Positions 13,201-28,125 are shown, counted from the whole stretch's first letter. The stretch: DNA of 63,404 nucleotides, filler included, from Neolecta irregularis DAH-3 (GCA_001929475.1; 11 parts of 11 records of this genome joined end to end with filler, not necessarily neighbours in it), one strand, 5' to 3'. Notes: generated by a model not told the origin, from the letters alone. Translations and numbers: made by a program.

Positions 13201-13516
13201 AAAGAGGATATACCCTGCGATCTCTGTGAACTTTTTTAAACCCGGCGACTGCCTTCAAGTCGTTGTGGAAATCCGACATCTCACCGTTGGTATCGACCAA
13301 GTCAAAGTTGCTCCCGACGCCTGCGACGCCCTTCAAGACATTTTCAAAGTCCTCGTTAATGTAGTCGCTGTCGTCGCTGTCGTCCTGTTCAAAGGCGGCG
13401 AACTTGTCAAATTCTTCGATTTCGACAAAATCGCCTTCGTCGGACAGTCGCCCCGCCGAGTATGCAGTGTTTGCGGTCTCGTAATGCAGATCGTCGCTGG
13501 GATCACCATAGTCCAT
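10248..13516 (-). CDS. TFC4: RNA polymerase III transcription factor TFIIIC TPR subunit (tau131/Sfc4)
   Basis: Acidic N-terminus; TPR arrays (AWQTLGLVHKE...AAHLRPK); LPIDIRVKLG; RQTSNRQHQILQG; QEAEFNVGRAFHQLG. Confidence 0.9.
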
Positions 13517-13802
13517 TATGGGTTCAGGGTTGGATTTGGATTGCTGTAACGCGGGTGTTTCATAAAAGAGGCGGCGGTGGATTGCATAAACCAACCTCCA
13601 ACTAGACGCTCCCCCGACTGCGCTCTGCCGTTGCCTTTCTCCTGCTTCTTTTTCGTTTTCTTCTGCGCGTACTAATTCCTGCCTGGATGTTTTCCTTGCT
13701 TTGCTGATCTGTGCCAGGATCCTTTGAGGACGGCCAGCCCGCAGGAATCCCGCCCTTTGTTCTTTCCGTGCTCCCCCGCATCCCCCGTTCGCCGTAATAC
13801 GA

Positions 13803-15552
13803 ATGGCTGCAAATCTGCCTGCAGCCGAGCCTGCATTCAGCAGTCCGCCTACTGCGATTTCGTCTGGCGCGAACTCGACTCTGCGCCCGCCACGCGCGCA
13901 GGGCCATCTTTCGTCGCGGACTGCGTGTGACATCTACTCGCCCCTCGGCGGCAGCAGACACCGCCCGACGTCTGAGGTTTTTGCACAGGCGCCGTTCAAG
14001 GCGAACACGCCCGAAGGCAACAGTCTCGCGCGATCCGGGGTCTGACGGGTGTAGCCGACGTCATGGACAAGTTTCTGCAGGAGCTCACCCGCTTCGAGGC
14101 GACGCTCGAGGAGATGGCGGCTGCGTCGCTCGACCAGAACTTCAAAGAAGAGCTCAGCGCCATCGAGCAGTGGTTCCGGGTGCTGTCCGAGGCAGAACGC
14201 ACCGCCGCGCTCTATTCGCTGCTCCAGCAGACCAGCCAGGTCCAGATCCGCTTCTTCATCACGGTTCTGCAGCAGATGGCCAAGAGCGATCCCATGGGCG
14301 CGATCCTCTCGCCGGCAAACTTCGAGAGAGGTGTGTCTGGCGCTGGCCAAGCTGATCCGCCCAGATGCAATGCAAACCCACCTCTCGCAGGCGATGAGCC
14401 AGGCCAGTACCGACCACAAAACACCGCCCGCCCGCCCGCCGCCCTCTCCAGCATTCATGCGCGGGCCGGGTCTGGATCCCGATACCATCAGCCAGATGTT
14501 TCCCGATGCCGCTGCGGCGCTGGAGAAGCAGCGCGCCCGACTCAAGGCCAACGGCGGCATGTTTGGCGATGCCGCAAACCCGCGGCAGAGCCCAAACATG
14601 GCCCGAGACCTTCCCGCATCTCCAAAGGTCTGGAGCGTGCCTTTGGATCCAACTCGGCCGAAATCGGCCGATATCCAGCAGTGGCATCCGCCTCAGTCGG
14701 CCACTTTCCCGCCCCGCCATGGTTATGACACCGAACCTTCGCCTTTCACTCAACCAGGTGCAAGCTGGGCTTCTATGGTTAACACTCCAATGGTTCCAAT
14801 GTTTGGTACTAGTCTGAACAATTCTCCACATCCAACCGATTTTGCAAATGCAACCTCGACAAAGCTGGCCGCGTGGTCGACCGGCGGGACCCCCCAACAA
14901 CGCGTGGTTCTCGAGTCGGATGTTAAAAAATTTAGAAGGGGCAAGAGCCCTATCACAACCCCTAATCCACATGGACACGGTAACGGTAATTACACCTCTT
15001 CCCCCACTATGGTCATGTATGACGAGAACGGCAACTTTGTTCAGGTCGGGAGTCAGTATGCTCAGGTTTCTACTCCTTTGCGCAAGCCCAGTCCTGGAAC
15101 AAGCAGTCCTTTCCAGCCGTCCTATGGTGGAGCGCCCGGCTGGTGTATGCCGTCTCTCTCGTCGCCGCAGCCTAATGCATATCTCGTTGCTTCTCCTGTC
15201 CTTGAGGGATACTTGTCCGATCAGTCGTCGTCGGGAGGTCGACGAAATGCGAATCGTCGTGGAAGCACCAAGACCATCGAAGACCCTACCGATGTCAATT
15301 TGCTCGCAGACATTCCTGCTTGGCTCCGAAGCTTGAGGCTGCACAAGTACACGGATATCTTCAAAGATATGAATTGGAAAGATCTTGTTCAGCTAACCGA
15401 CACCGATCTGGAGAATAAAGGCGTTGCGGCTCTGGGCGCTCGCAGAAAGATGCTCAAGGTAAATCTGCAATTCTCAATTTGGTTGTTAATATATATTCTA
15501 GGTCTTTGAACAAGTCAAGGAAGCGCAAACCGCTGGGAAGCTTGACAAGTAG
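13803..15552 (+). CDS. VTS1: SAM-domain RNA-binding protein Vts1 (Smaug homolog)
   Basis: [26 protein letters not shown] and SAM domain [14 protein letters not shown]...[13 protein letters not shown]. Start codon inferred. Confidence 0.93.
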
Positions 15553-15660
15553 TATCTATTTTTAAATGTATCGAGGCCGATTAACATTGTCTTGACGTCC
15601 CTTTTTTTATAATTTCAACCTGTTCTTGATTTCATATGACACGTTCTCCTGAAAGAGGCG

Positions 15661-15666
15661 ACGCGT
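15661..15666 (+). promoter_or_regulatory. MluI cell-cycle box (ACGCGT) upstream of PCNA
   Basis: ACGCGT lies ~85 bp before the PCNA ATG; PCNA is an established MBF target in yeasts. Confidence 0.5.
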
Positions 15667-15748
15667 CGGGCAGTCGAGACGAAAACTCCGCTCCTGAGTT
15701 TCTCCCTCTCGTGGGCTCTCGTGTTCATATCCAACCCATTTTGCCAAT

Positions 15749-16643
15749 ATGCTCGAAGCCAGACTTCCCCAGGCGCAAATCCTCAAAAAGGTCCTCGATG
15801 CTGTAAAAGGTGTGTTCAATTACTGCCAAAGGTTGTACCAACTTCCATTAGAACTCGTCAGCGACTGCAACTTTGATTGTAACGATGATGGACTAAGTTT
15901 ACAAGCTATGGACAATTCTCACGTTGCCCTTGTTGCGATGAAACTTGGCGCCGAAGGATTTGAACCGTACCGATGTGATCGAAACATTGCCCTCGGAATT
16001 AATCTCAACTCCCTTTCAAAAGTCCTCAAATGTGCCGCGAACGAGGATATAGTCACTTTGAAGGCCGAGGATACACCCGATAGTCTCAATCTGGTGTTTG
16101 AAGCACAAAATAACGATCGAATCAGTGAGTACGATGTAAAGCTCATGGATATCGACCAGGAACATCTCGGAATCCCGGACACAGATTACGATGCTACCAT
16201 TGAATTACAAAGCACAGAGTTTCAGAGGATCTGTCGAGATTTACTTGCGTTGAGCGAATCAGGTAAAACTTTTGACGTGCGTTATATCTAATCTTGTAGT
16301 TACGATTGATGCTACAAAAGAGGGAATAAAATTCTCTTGCAATGGGGATATCGGGAACGGCGCTATTACATTAAGGCAGCATCAAAACGTCGCAACCCCA
16401 GAGCAGGATACCACGATTGAATTGACTCAACCTGTCAATCTGACTTTCTCACTTAAATACCTGGTCAATTTCACCAAAGCTACACCATTGGCTACCCGAG
16501 TATCTTTAAAAATGTCTAGTGAAGTACCTCTTCTTGTCGAATACAAAATGGACGGTGGTTATTTGCAAGTGCTTTCGCCCAACCTATACTGACAATATAG
16601 ACGTTATTATCTTGCACCAAAGATCAATGAAGACATTGAATAG
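15749..16643 (+). CDS. POL30: Proliferating cell nuclear antigen
   Basis: [43 protein letters not shown]. The last intron is GC-AG (16565-16600). Confidence 0.98.
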
Positions 16644-16789
16644 GATATAAGGACAGATAAACAGATATAGTTATTAATATACTGCGAGTCACTATTCGAA
16701 TATCTTGCCATAGTCGTGAAATTCGGGATTACGCGTGACCTTTCAAATTATTAAGCTCAGCAGCGATTTAACCGACACAGTGCGATCGA

Positions 16790-17121
16790 GAGAGTCGTGT
16801 GACGGAGTCGAGACGGGAGAGCACGCGGGCGGGACAGGCAAGACGGGTGAGACAGGCAGGCAGGCACAGCGGGCGAGACAGGCTGGTGAAGCGGGCGAGA
16901 CGGGCATTCAGGGCTGGAGGGGCACACGAGGCATGCAAGGAGGGCGAGATGGGAGAGGCGGGTGAGGCAGATGGGGGTGGTGTGGATGAATATGAAATAA
17001 AATGATTGCTTCATACAGTCTAATATCACGTGATATGGCCCTTTTCCATAGTCCAGTCCATGGACTTTATCCAGGGACTTTAAATGGGCCGGGCAAAGTC
17101 CATGGTCTATCCGCAACACTG
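16790..17121. mobile_element. Non-autonomous element: purine-rich GGCAGG/GAGACAGGC tract, inverted repeat, CAACACTG end
   Basis: Inverted repeat ccatggacttt...aaagtccatgg. The end atccgcaacactg is the reverse complement of cagtgttgcggat at 385. Related tracts at 19277-19430, 50700-51311 and 52442-52550. Confidence 0.5.
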
Positions 17122-17326
17122 ACCAAGTACAATTACTTAGGTTAGAATATACCAGGTCTTATTCGTACTTTGGGCGGTCATTTACAAAAGGATTAGAATC
17201 GAGTTTTAGAGATACAGTATTGATTCCACCATTCTCAAGACATACTCTACATAATATCAAAATTAACTAGAAAGCACTCTCGATAAATATACAAATTGAA
17301 TCCTCATCTGCCTCCCATTTCTATTC

Positions 17327-18694
17327 TCAAGTACCATTGCTTGTTATAATGGTTATATCCATAGTCTTGGCGATATCTGTTCGGAATCGGCTTTTATCTA
17401 GTCGAGATTGAAAAACATCAGTCCGCTGGTTCTTCCCATTTACATCAGAGACCATGATTGCCATAAGATCTTGAAAGAATGGGAATGTATCTGTTCGTAC
17501 AACAAAATCATACTGGTCACCTGAACGAGGGTAAAGTAGTATGTCTGCCACCTTTAGAATAAGCTGTGTTGTCGACGTTTCCATATGTTTATGTAGGATA
17601 TTAACAGATTGTAAGACATTCTCGGAATTAATCTCATAATTGTGGCCCAACGGAATCATCAATTTTGAAAAGATGTCGTAATAAATTGAATGAATTTTAT
17701 TCTGGAGATCTCGGGTGTAATTTTCCGGATAGATTCCATATAAGCGTGCAAAATTGTCTTTATCATCTTCAGTTGGGCCGCCCCATATTATATAATATGC
17801 TCCGATGTTAGGGAAACCAACGAGTAGGTGCATATCTTCTTCTTCAAAAAATAAATAGCCATTTTCTTCATTGAAATGAGTGGTAACGCCCTTCCGAATA
17901 TTACCGCCGAATATTTGTAGAAAAGTCAAGGCCATAAAGTGAAAGCAATTTGGGGAAGAGCATCTTTGCGAAGGCACGGTCCATGAAGCTAGGTCGTTGA
18001 TAATCATTTGAGTAGCCGTTTTTCCTTCCAGATCTATTTCGATTTGCTCTCTATTCTCGGTGCGTCCCTTTTCTTGACCTTTGACAGTTGACAGAATCTT
18101 ATTCTCAAAATTTAATGCTTTTGGTGGGGTGGGATGCATCGCAATTTTCCAGCAAGTGAGTAAAAGTGGGATGTAGACTTCTCGTGTGTCCTCTCGAGAG
18201 AATACTGAATCTCCCCCATATTTTTCTAAAATATCCTTGACCCACTCTTCTCCTGGTTTAGTTCGCATACCGAGAGAAATATCTGCGAGAGAAATATCTG
18301 TTATTTGTTCACGAATACTAGAATATCAGACTTGCCATTCAATCGCAAGTGCTTACTTATATACTGCTGCCACCCTACCCGTATCGGATTGCTGTGTAAA
18401 AATCTCTGATGAAGAGGTGCCAAATTGCAGACATTCAAAGTTGCTTCCATCCGCGCTCCCTAATATGACGAATGACTTGCAGATATACCGACTTAAGTAG
18501 CATTGCTCTGCACATACGCTTATTACATCTTTGCAGGAGAGCCTCTTCGAATTCCATGATGGGCTTACTTCACCCTCAAAAAATAAATTTTGGGCGTCTG
18601 CAAAATCAATAGACGGAACGAAATGTTCGAGATAAGATGCACTGCAGAGAACGTTCGCATAAAGTACAATCAGCAAGAAGAGCTTTGTCAACAT
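17327..18694 (-). CDS. Unrecognised secreted protein with Cys-rich PAN/Apple-like N-terminal module, 2 exons
   Basis: Signal peptide MLTKLFLLIVLYANVLC; C..VISVCAEQC....YICKSF...C pattern; a GTAAGC...TTCTAG intron joins the 113-aa and 313-aa ORFs in frame. Confidence 0.6.
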
Positions 18695-19276
18695 AATATA
18701 AGTTAACCTGACTCGCTCGAGGGAAGAGTCGGGTTTCAGGTTGTCGTTTAAAAGCCTGCTTCCTGGCTACAGATCTGTTATTTAATAAGAAAAGAAAAGC
18801 TTTTTTTCTTCTGATTGCTTCGAGACATCCCGAGGCGCTTAGCGTTCCGGTGGCGGCGAAACGTTCATGAAAGGTTGACTCTTTTTCAACACGAATATTT
18901 CTGAATGTGGGCATTGTGGTTGGAAATGCTAGGCTGAATCTTAGGAAACTTCCTGATCCGAAAAGTGATTTGTCCGGACTGTTTCAAACAGCTTTTCATG
19001 ACGACAGCGAAGGTTTTACTTCTTCGTGTTACTTTTCCAACTCACTTCCGCTCTAGATTTCAACCTTTGACACAGCCCCAGGATACTCTAACGCCACTGA
19101 GCCGTCTGTTCATCTGCTCTGCCCAGTCCCAGTGCTCCCTCAATGGATGTTTTCTTGGAGGCATAGTTCAGATTACTTAGACTGAGAAGTAGCAGAGACA
19201 GGCTTGCAAATCAATCAAATGTTTCAATATATTGACTGAATTGAATTGATACTTGTCAATCAATTCAATCAGTCAG

Positions 19277-19430
19277 GCTGGATAGGCAGGCAAGGCTCGC
19301 AAGACGCGCGAGACGCTTGAGATTGGCGCGAGAGGCAGGAGAGGCGCAAGAGATGGGAGAGGCGGGCGAAACAGGCTAGTGAGGCAGGCAGGCAAGGCGG
19401 GTAGGATGGTGGATTGGAAGGGTTTCGGGG
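19277..19430. repeat. Purine-rich dispersed repeat related to 16790-16985
   Basis: gggcgaaacaggctagtgaggcaggcaggc resembles gggcgagacaggctggtgaagcggg. Confidence 0.5.
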
Positions 19431-19480
19431 GGTGTCGGTTTAATCGCCGCTGAGCTTACCGACCTTCATCCCACAAAGCT

Positions 19481-20558
<1,078 letters not shown>

Positions 20559-22505
20559 GCAAATAAATTGATAACAAATTCATTCTTTTCCTACAAAACT
20601 TCCCGCGAGTAGGCTCTTGTTGATACTTACCTGTATATAGCGCTATCACCTGTCCATTATATATAACGCTATCAATTCGGATTTGTTGGTAAGTTCTCCA
20701 GTGAAAATTACGGTTACTAGTCAAACGATTCTTGTCTCACTTGATTGAAATTTGAAATGATCTCACGGAAGTTAAAACCCTGCTTATGTCTCACAAAATA
20801 GTCATATCTAACATTTCAAATTACCAGATTTCGATATTCTATTCAGGATATCGACTCGAATGCCAACGCAAGGATTCTTGAACAAATTTAGAATCAGTAA
20901 TTATTTTGAGGGTGTTGCAAAACGCACCCTAAGAGTTAGATTAGGTATCTCTTGCCACCTTATATACTCACATTTGTCATAAAGAAATGCAAAACTGAGG
21001 ATTTTCGCCTAAAACAACACTATTCCAAGTCCTTACTGAAGCTCCTCCCCTCCCCAACCTCCACAATTTTTATCTTTGCCAATTCGACACCTCTAATTCG
21101 CTATCCTACCTACTTTGGCCCAGTCCTGCTTCCTACGTCGGTCCCTGTCTCCATGAGACTATCTTAGTACTGGGAGTATGGGGCGTGCTGACAGGTCACC
21201 GCATGTACATGGGCCTTAGTATAGCTTTTCCTTGTTTTTTACCTGTCTTTTGACCTTGGGACAAATCCTGTGCTACACATTTCTAAAGGTCCCAATATTA
21301 TTGCACACCACCTACAGTTTTGGTAAAGTATACCAAAGATATATCTTTACATGTAGGTGCTTGCTTGTTGGATCAGTAAGTAATGCTCTATTCATGCCAC
21401 AAAGTAATCTAACGATCTGTTTTCTCGGGTTTATCCAAGTCATCTGAGTCTGCAAAGCTCTACCACTGCAGCCTGCATTTTACAAGCAGAGGGGAGAGAA
21501 AAGCAGTTAAAGACAAAGATAGAAGGAAAATATTAGTGCAGAAAAAGAAGAGAAAGAGAAATGACCATTGGGTGCTTAATGCTTATCACACTGTCAAACA
21601 GACTCCGGTCGGGATTAGGTAATTCCTTCGGTTTTCTGGTAGGAAGGCTTTTCCAAATGATAGTTGTTGCAGGGGAGGAAAAAAGGGGTGAGTATGGTAG
21701 TTGATTGCGAGAGGGGTCCGAGAGTATGACCTTGGGAAAAAAGGAGGCAGAGTATTTGTTTTTTAGACCATGAGAGAGTGTGCAAAAGGAGGGGAAATGA
21801 AAAGCGATGACAAGCTGGAATGCTTGAGGGTACACAGGCTGAGGGAAATTATGGTAGTGAGTTAATAATGCGGTGAGGTGGATGAAGTTTTGGCTATTAT
21901 GATATTGTGTAAAAATGTGTCTCGTACCACACGCTCCTAATCGACAAGATCAAATCGACCGTCTAGACAATAGTGTGTTACAGACAGGTTGTAGTTGTAG
22001 AGCCTTTGAGGTTTTAGGATTCTGGAAACATAGAGGAAAAAGAGGAAAACTATTCTTTGATTCTTAGCGGGATGAATAGAGCATTATCCATCCGTCCTAC
22101 AAATGTGCAGATACAGGACTATACAAGTATGAGCCACGTCATTGTAGTAAACCAAGGAAAAGAAAACCCATCAGATAACCGCAAAATACCATGTGTACAA
22201 AATTTTCCTGTGACAAGTGTCAAGGTTTGAACAGACAGAGGCGATGGGGCAGTTTAGACCGACTAGACGAGGCGACGGGGCAGTCTAGAAAGACTAGCCC
22301 GCCTCTCGGTAGTCTTGATTGGCGATACTGCAATTTTCCCAGTGTTTAGGGATATACCTGATGAGTATGGCAAAAGTGACTTTTCTTGAGGCTATAGATG
22401 TCGAGNNNNNNNNNNNNNNNNNNNNNNNNNNNNNNNNNNNNNNNNNNNNTTAATTAATTAANNNNNNNNNNNNNNNNNNNNNNNNNNNNNNNNNNNNNNN
22501 NNNNN

Positions 22506-22620
22506 GTGAATACGAGCAAGTAGAGTGAGTGAGTATGAGAATGAGTGAATACGAGCAAGTAGAGTGAGTGATTATGAGTGACGAATGAGTGAGTGACTGA
22601 ATGAGTATGGGTAGATCAGT
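22506..22620. repeat. Tandem/GAGT-rich repeat (gtgaatacgagcaagtagagtgagtga, two copies)
   Basis: Direct repeat at a contig start. Confidence 0.6.
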
Positions 22621-23094
22621 ATGGCATGAATGAGTTGACTATTAATGACTGTTCAGGCTGACACATCCATCATACTCCAGATGAAAGATCATACTACAGC
22701 TGAGTATCACACTGCAGACGATATGTCATACTATAGAATCTATATACTGTACTATATTACAACTATACCACAACTAAAATAGCTATATAAAGCTATCGAG
22801 ATACATCGATACTCTCTTTGAGTTGATTATTTGTGCTGTTGAATCGAATCAGACTCCACCATTCATTCCCTCCACCACCATCCCACATCCCACTCACCAC
22901 CATCTCCTCTGCTCTCATCACTGCAGATCTGCTCGGCTGTCTGTTCTGTATTAGCAGTATTCTCTTATCGTGCTCGGCATCGTGCTCGGGTATCGTCTGC
23001 TACCCCACACTCCGTACTCAACGCCATCCACCACCCAAACATTCTATCATATACCGTACTCTATATGCTATATGCCTGTCTAACCACCAAGACA

Positions 23095-24560
23095 ATGGAC
23101 GCCTCCCCTTTAGCGGCCCTGCACTCTCCGCACCGCCGCAATCTGCCCCGGCTGCCAGCTGCCGTCTCCTGGCCCGCATTGCAGAGCCCTACCGCTTCCC
23201 TTGCCGCGGATCTTTCTGCAAATCTGCATATAGACTCGAGTCCTGTTGTTCCCACACCCCGCCGCTCGCTGCTGCCCTCACTTGCCCTGCGTCCGCCAGA
23301 TTCGATGGACATTGACTTTGATCTCTCGCCGTGCCACGCTTCCCTCGACCGGTTCCTGCGCTCGTCCACCGCCCACAACCGCAAACTCTCCCACCGCCCG
23401 TCTATGACTCGCCTCAAGGCAACCAGCTTTTTTGCGCCAACCAAACCGGCACCTGAAACACCCGCCGTCTTCCGCGCAGCCGCTTCTCGTCCTCAGCAGC
23501 TCCCTGCCTCGTTTCGATATCCGCCAGGAAAGGAAAACGCTCCAGTGCTCGCCCATCTTTATGGGGATTCATCCAGTGATTCGCCTTCTTCGTACTCGGC
23601 GCACCCAGATCCAAACGAATCGCCGCTCGCAAACATCAAACCAGACAAATCACTCTCTCGTTTCCGTCCGCCGCGCTTCAGACGTACCCAGAGCATGTTT
23701 CAGCGCCCCGGAGACATCGTTGCTGCAACACCCACACCAACAATCTCGCAGCCAGTCTCGTTTTCATCCCCAAAGATCGACGACAATCCAGACGGCACGA
23801 TTCTTCCCTGCTTCAATGTCAAAGAAGACCAATTGAAACGCATCGACCATAATACTGTGCGTCTTCAAATCTACGCTGACTCAAAATCTGACTCTGGCTC
23901 TAGTTTGTCGATGTCCTCAACGGCGTCTACTCGTCTTTCTACGACGAGCTCAAGGTTATTGATTGCCGCTTTCCATACGAATATGATGGTGGCCATGTTC
24001 AGGGGGCAATAAACATAAACACCCAAGATTCACTCGACGATGCTCTGCTTTCTCACCCAGCCAACCACAGAACTCTCCTCATCTTTCATTGCGAGTACAG
24101 CGCCCACCGTGCACCCCGCATGTATTCATTTCTTCCATATAACCAACTAAAAGTCAGGGCATTGCATCTGCGCAACAGAGACCGCCATGTCAATATGCAC
24201 CGCTATCCACGACTATTTTACCCGGAAATCTACGTCCTTGCTGGAGGTTATTCGCAATTCTTCACCCACCACAAATCCCGTTGCGAACCCCAAAACTATG
24301 TTGAAATGGGAGACCATTCCCATAAACAGACCTGTGCCAAAGAAATGCACGCCTTTAAAAAGAATCTCCGCTTCTTTAGAACAAACAGCTTCACTTTTGG
24401 TGCTGCTGACAAAAACTCGACACAAGAACAATCAGCCTGGAGTAATAAAAGACCCACTACTCCAGATCAAACACCCACAGCTCCTTCCAAATCTTCACAC
24501 TACCTTGATCCCCATCAACGACTCCGCGGCGAACACCCAAAACGAATGACTTCATATTGA
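23095..24560 (+). CDS. CDC25: M-phase inducer phosphatase Cdc25/Mih1
   Basis: IDCRFPYEYDGGHV, catalytic FHCEYSAHRAP, DRHVNMHRYPRLFYPEIYVLAGGY; S/P-rich N-terminus. Start at 23095 or 23065. Confidence 0.95.
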
Positions 24561-24788
24561 AACTCATTTCTTTTGTATAATCTTCTTTTCTCGCGCTTCT
24601 TTCAACCCCTGTCCTGGTCGTATCCGCGTTCACGGGCGTTCTTTTGGTCTATCATATCGTTCGTCGTGCGAGTTTTGCATTGTGTACAGCATCTCAGTAT
24701 TGATACGGCTTTATTTTGTAATTAGTAGTTTTTGGTAGTAACATGCATGGTATCAGTATCGATATAAAAACACTTTCAACCTCACCTT

Positions 24789-25832
24789 ATGGGAAACACT
24801 GAATCTGCGTCAACCGGCGAACACGGTATTTATTTCCACCAATTACACAGCTGATCCAGGCTTCCATGTACTTAAAGTACAACCCGGATCGCCTGCCGAT
24901 GATGTCGGAATACAAAGTTTCTTTGATTTTATAATTGCAATCGATGGCAAGCAGCTGGTACCTCTATTGTTTAAGCTGTTTAATATCCAGGATGGACATC
25001 ATCGCGCCTTGCAAGACCAAGTAGCTCAGACTAATCGTCCTGATATCCTCCTTACTCTCTGGAGTTCAAAAGGACAATCAATGCGAGGTTGTCCTCTTTA
25101 TCCTGTTACTTATTTATTTTTATAGACGTCTATGTACCACCATCACAATCATACGGCCTCGTTTTAAAATGGTGTTCAATTAATACCGCTGCATCAAATG
25201 TCTGGCATGTTCTTGATATCGCCCCTTTTAGTCCCGCGCAATTAGCGGGATTATGTCCGTTTCAAGATTATATTCTAGGAGCACCCATCGGTCTGGTTCA
25301 CAGCGAAACAGGTCTATCTGAATTAATCGAGGATTACCTCGATAAAGAACTCGAATTATGGGTATACAACCACGAACACAACATCACCCGTTCGGTATAT
25401 CTTTTGCTGTATCTGTAATATTTATAACAGGTCACGATTGTTCCTTCACGGCATTGGGGAGGTCAAGGTGCATTGGGAGCAGGTATCGGATACGGTTATT
25501 TACATCGAATACCACCCCCAATAAGCGAACCAATGCAAGCTCCCGGTGAAACAATGTTTCAAGTTTTTCCTCTCGCTCCTCAAACTCAAACTCAAACTCT
25601 CAATCCAACACAAATCCACAAAAAACAGGCAAAGAAACACAGGAGAACACGACGGACAAGTGATGCAGTTAATGAACTGTTGAATGAAGGTGAATTGAAA
25701 AGTCTCGAACTGGAACCACAGCCACGGGGTACTAGTACCGTAAATACGATACCTGCTCCACCAAAACATGGAAAAGTAGTTTATCAAGAATCAGATGAGG
25801 AAGGAGAGACCTCTACATTCATCAACGCGTAA
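24789..25832 (+). CDS. GRH1: Golgi reassembly-stacking protein (GRASP55/65 PDZ domains)
   Basis: MGNTES myristoylation-type start; GFHVLKV, SFFDFII, VWHVLDI...[27 protein letters not shown]. Confidence 0.93.
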
Positions 25833-25878
25833 ATAAATATACTCCAAAACATCACCATTGTGCAACAAACTATACTCG

Positions 25879-26642
25879 TTATTTTCCGCCCTTTTGATAA
25901 TAATCCCGTTTAAAGATCTCAGCGAAATCAGCTTCTGTAGTCTTTTTCATCTCAATTTCAATATTTACGCGTAAATGAGAGGCATGCCCAAAGTCTGTGG
26001 TACAAGCCAACACCGCATCCACCCTCTTCTCCCGTTCAATTTCCTCGGCCGTTTTATGAATTTGTGGCGAGGCATTCATTTCATTTTTTCCGCGATGGTA
26101 TCTATTTGGTGGTCGAGCTTGGGTTATACTATCCTGAGTATCTAATTTGAGCGACGATGACTGATGGCCTAGATCTACTTCATCTAAATGGCCCAGTGCC
26201 GTACTTGATTTCGAAATAGCCGGTGATAAAGGGAGATGGAGAACTGGCGTCGTGACAGTGGTTTCTTCCGGACTTGTATTTGACAATTTTTGTTCAATGT
26301 AAGCCAACCTGATCGTTTAAATCTTGCATTTTATAACACGTACATATGCCGGTCAAGATCGATTTGGTTAGTTTGTCTGGTAAACCGGGTATTTATCGAG
26401 GATTCTGTAATTGGGTGTACTGATACTTGGGAATTACTAGACAAAGATTTTGGACCATGGAGTAAACTCGAAGTATCAAGTCCCTGTTTTTTAATCCGTG
26501 TACGTCTGTTTGATTCGAATTGTGCAATATTCGTTGTTGATCCATCTTCATCGTCTGAACTAGATCGTTTACGTATATTTTTGCGTGATGGTCGTTTGGC
26601 GGTGGTTGACATTGAAGACCGTTTCTTAATTCTATCACACAT
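25879..26642 (-). CDS. C9orf78/Tls1-family (HCA59) splicing-related protein, 2 exons
   Basis: RFTRQTNQIDLDRHM|MAYIEQKL and LGHLDEVDLG motifs. Confidence 0.7.
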
Positions 26643-26758
26643 TACTAAAATGACTTTTTTTATTCAGTGCAAGAATGAGGAAAAAAATAATAAAGTTCCA
26701 AATGCTATCCTGTATGCTCCAGTACCCTTGAAAATTTGTGAAAAGAACTACTATGGCG

Positions 26759-27632
26759 TCAAAGCTCCATTTCGACATCTCCGGCAATTCCAATGATTGG
26801 CTGTGTATTAACATCAAATATCTCCCTTGTTTCATTCTTGGGTCGAAGAGCAACTTAGAAGAGTTAGTGGGGAAGAGTTGCGGGGCTTACATTTACCAAA
26901 TACATCGCATAGTTCAAGGGCACCTGCGTTATTAGCCAAATTTCGAATCAAGTGATGGTACCGGGAGACCTGTAGACAAACCGAAATTCTGTATCACCCA
27001 AAGTAGGGTCATATGCTACTTCGACTTTTTTCTTTAAGTGGACGCAATTTGAAGTTTTGACAGGACCGAGACTAATGTTAGTTCTCTTTTGCAAGGAACA
27101 GGAATACCCGCTTCTATGATTTAACCCCAGTTTCTTGGCCTGATGATCTAACACAACCGAACTCTTCCTCAATGAACTGTTCTTGTACGTTCCAAACGTT
27201 TCCAGTCCCAATACCCTACACGCTTTCAATTTTACAACTACTTGTCCTACTTCCGAGGTATCTTCTGTCGACGTGGAGATCTCATTTTCTAAGGTTGTTA
27301 CAGTGTACTTTATGAGGGGAAATACTGCAGTTCTGAAGAGAAGTAAACATCAATTGACGGTACTCTGTAGGTGAAACACGTTTGCTGTCAATAACCATAG
27401 ACATTCTCTCTCCGTACATCACCGGCCGCGTAAAACATACTCCGTCGAGAAAGATATGGGCGCTAATTGCATGATCTGTTGGTGGTTTGCGAATAGTTAT
27501 CGAGAACGGGGAAGATGCAGTTGGAGGATTTATATAAGTTGTATGAACGATCCCATACGTTTCCGAATCTTTTTCAGGGAGAACAGTGTCTCCGATACTC
27601 AAATGCACTGATATTCCATTATGAATGGCCAT
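26759..27632 (-). CDS. Fungal hypothetical protein, 4 exons
   Basis: ORFs join in frame through canonical short introns; HIFLDGV...FRFVYRS..ALEL pattern. Confidence 0.55.
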
Positions 27633-28125
27633 TCTGATTGGGGTTTGTTGGATTCTAAATTGGAGGGGGGNNNNNNNNNNNNNNNNNNNNNNNNNNNNNN
27701 NNNNNNNNNNNNNNTTAATTAATTAANNNNNNNNNNNNNNNNNNNNNNNNNNNNNNNNNNNNNNNNNNNNCGCCTACAAGCTTAGATTAAGGAAATATAA
27801 CCTGATCTTATTGTACTCGAGCTCCAACACTTACAATCTCCATTCTAATTGTATATTTGTCTTACAAATTTTCTAGTTTCAACAGATTATCCTCTCGTGA
27901 AGTGCATCACAATACTGAGGGAGCAGAGTTGTTGTAAATCTGTGAAACGTGATTCGGTAGGTACGTGTCTAATCAACATTCGCTCGCAATCAGTTCTTCC
28001 CCTCGAAGACTATTTTATTTAAACAGTCTTACCACAGTGGGTGTAAATCTTTTCAGAAAAAGGTATAGTTTTGGGGGACTACAATTGTATCTCGTGTATG
28101 TGCAAAAGAAAATTGATATGCGTAG

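Noticed and set aside
13154-15344. Long overlapping antisense and alternative-frame ORFs around TFC4 and VTS1
   Set aside because: Explained by high GC and codon bias of the real genes; no recognisable motifs.
20700-22400. Possible retrotransposon pol relic
   Set aside because: Compositionally skewed, but I found no RT, RNase H or integrase motif.
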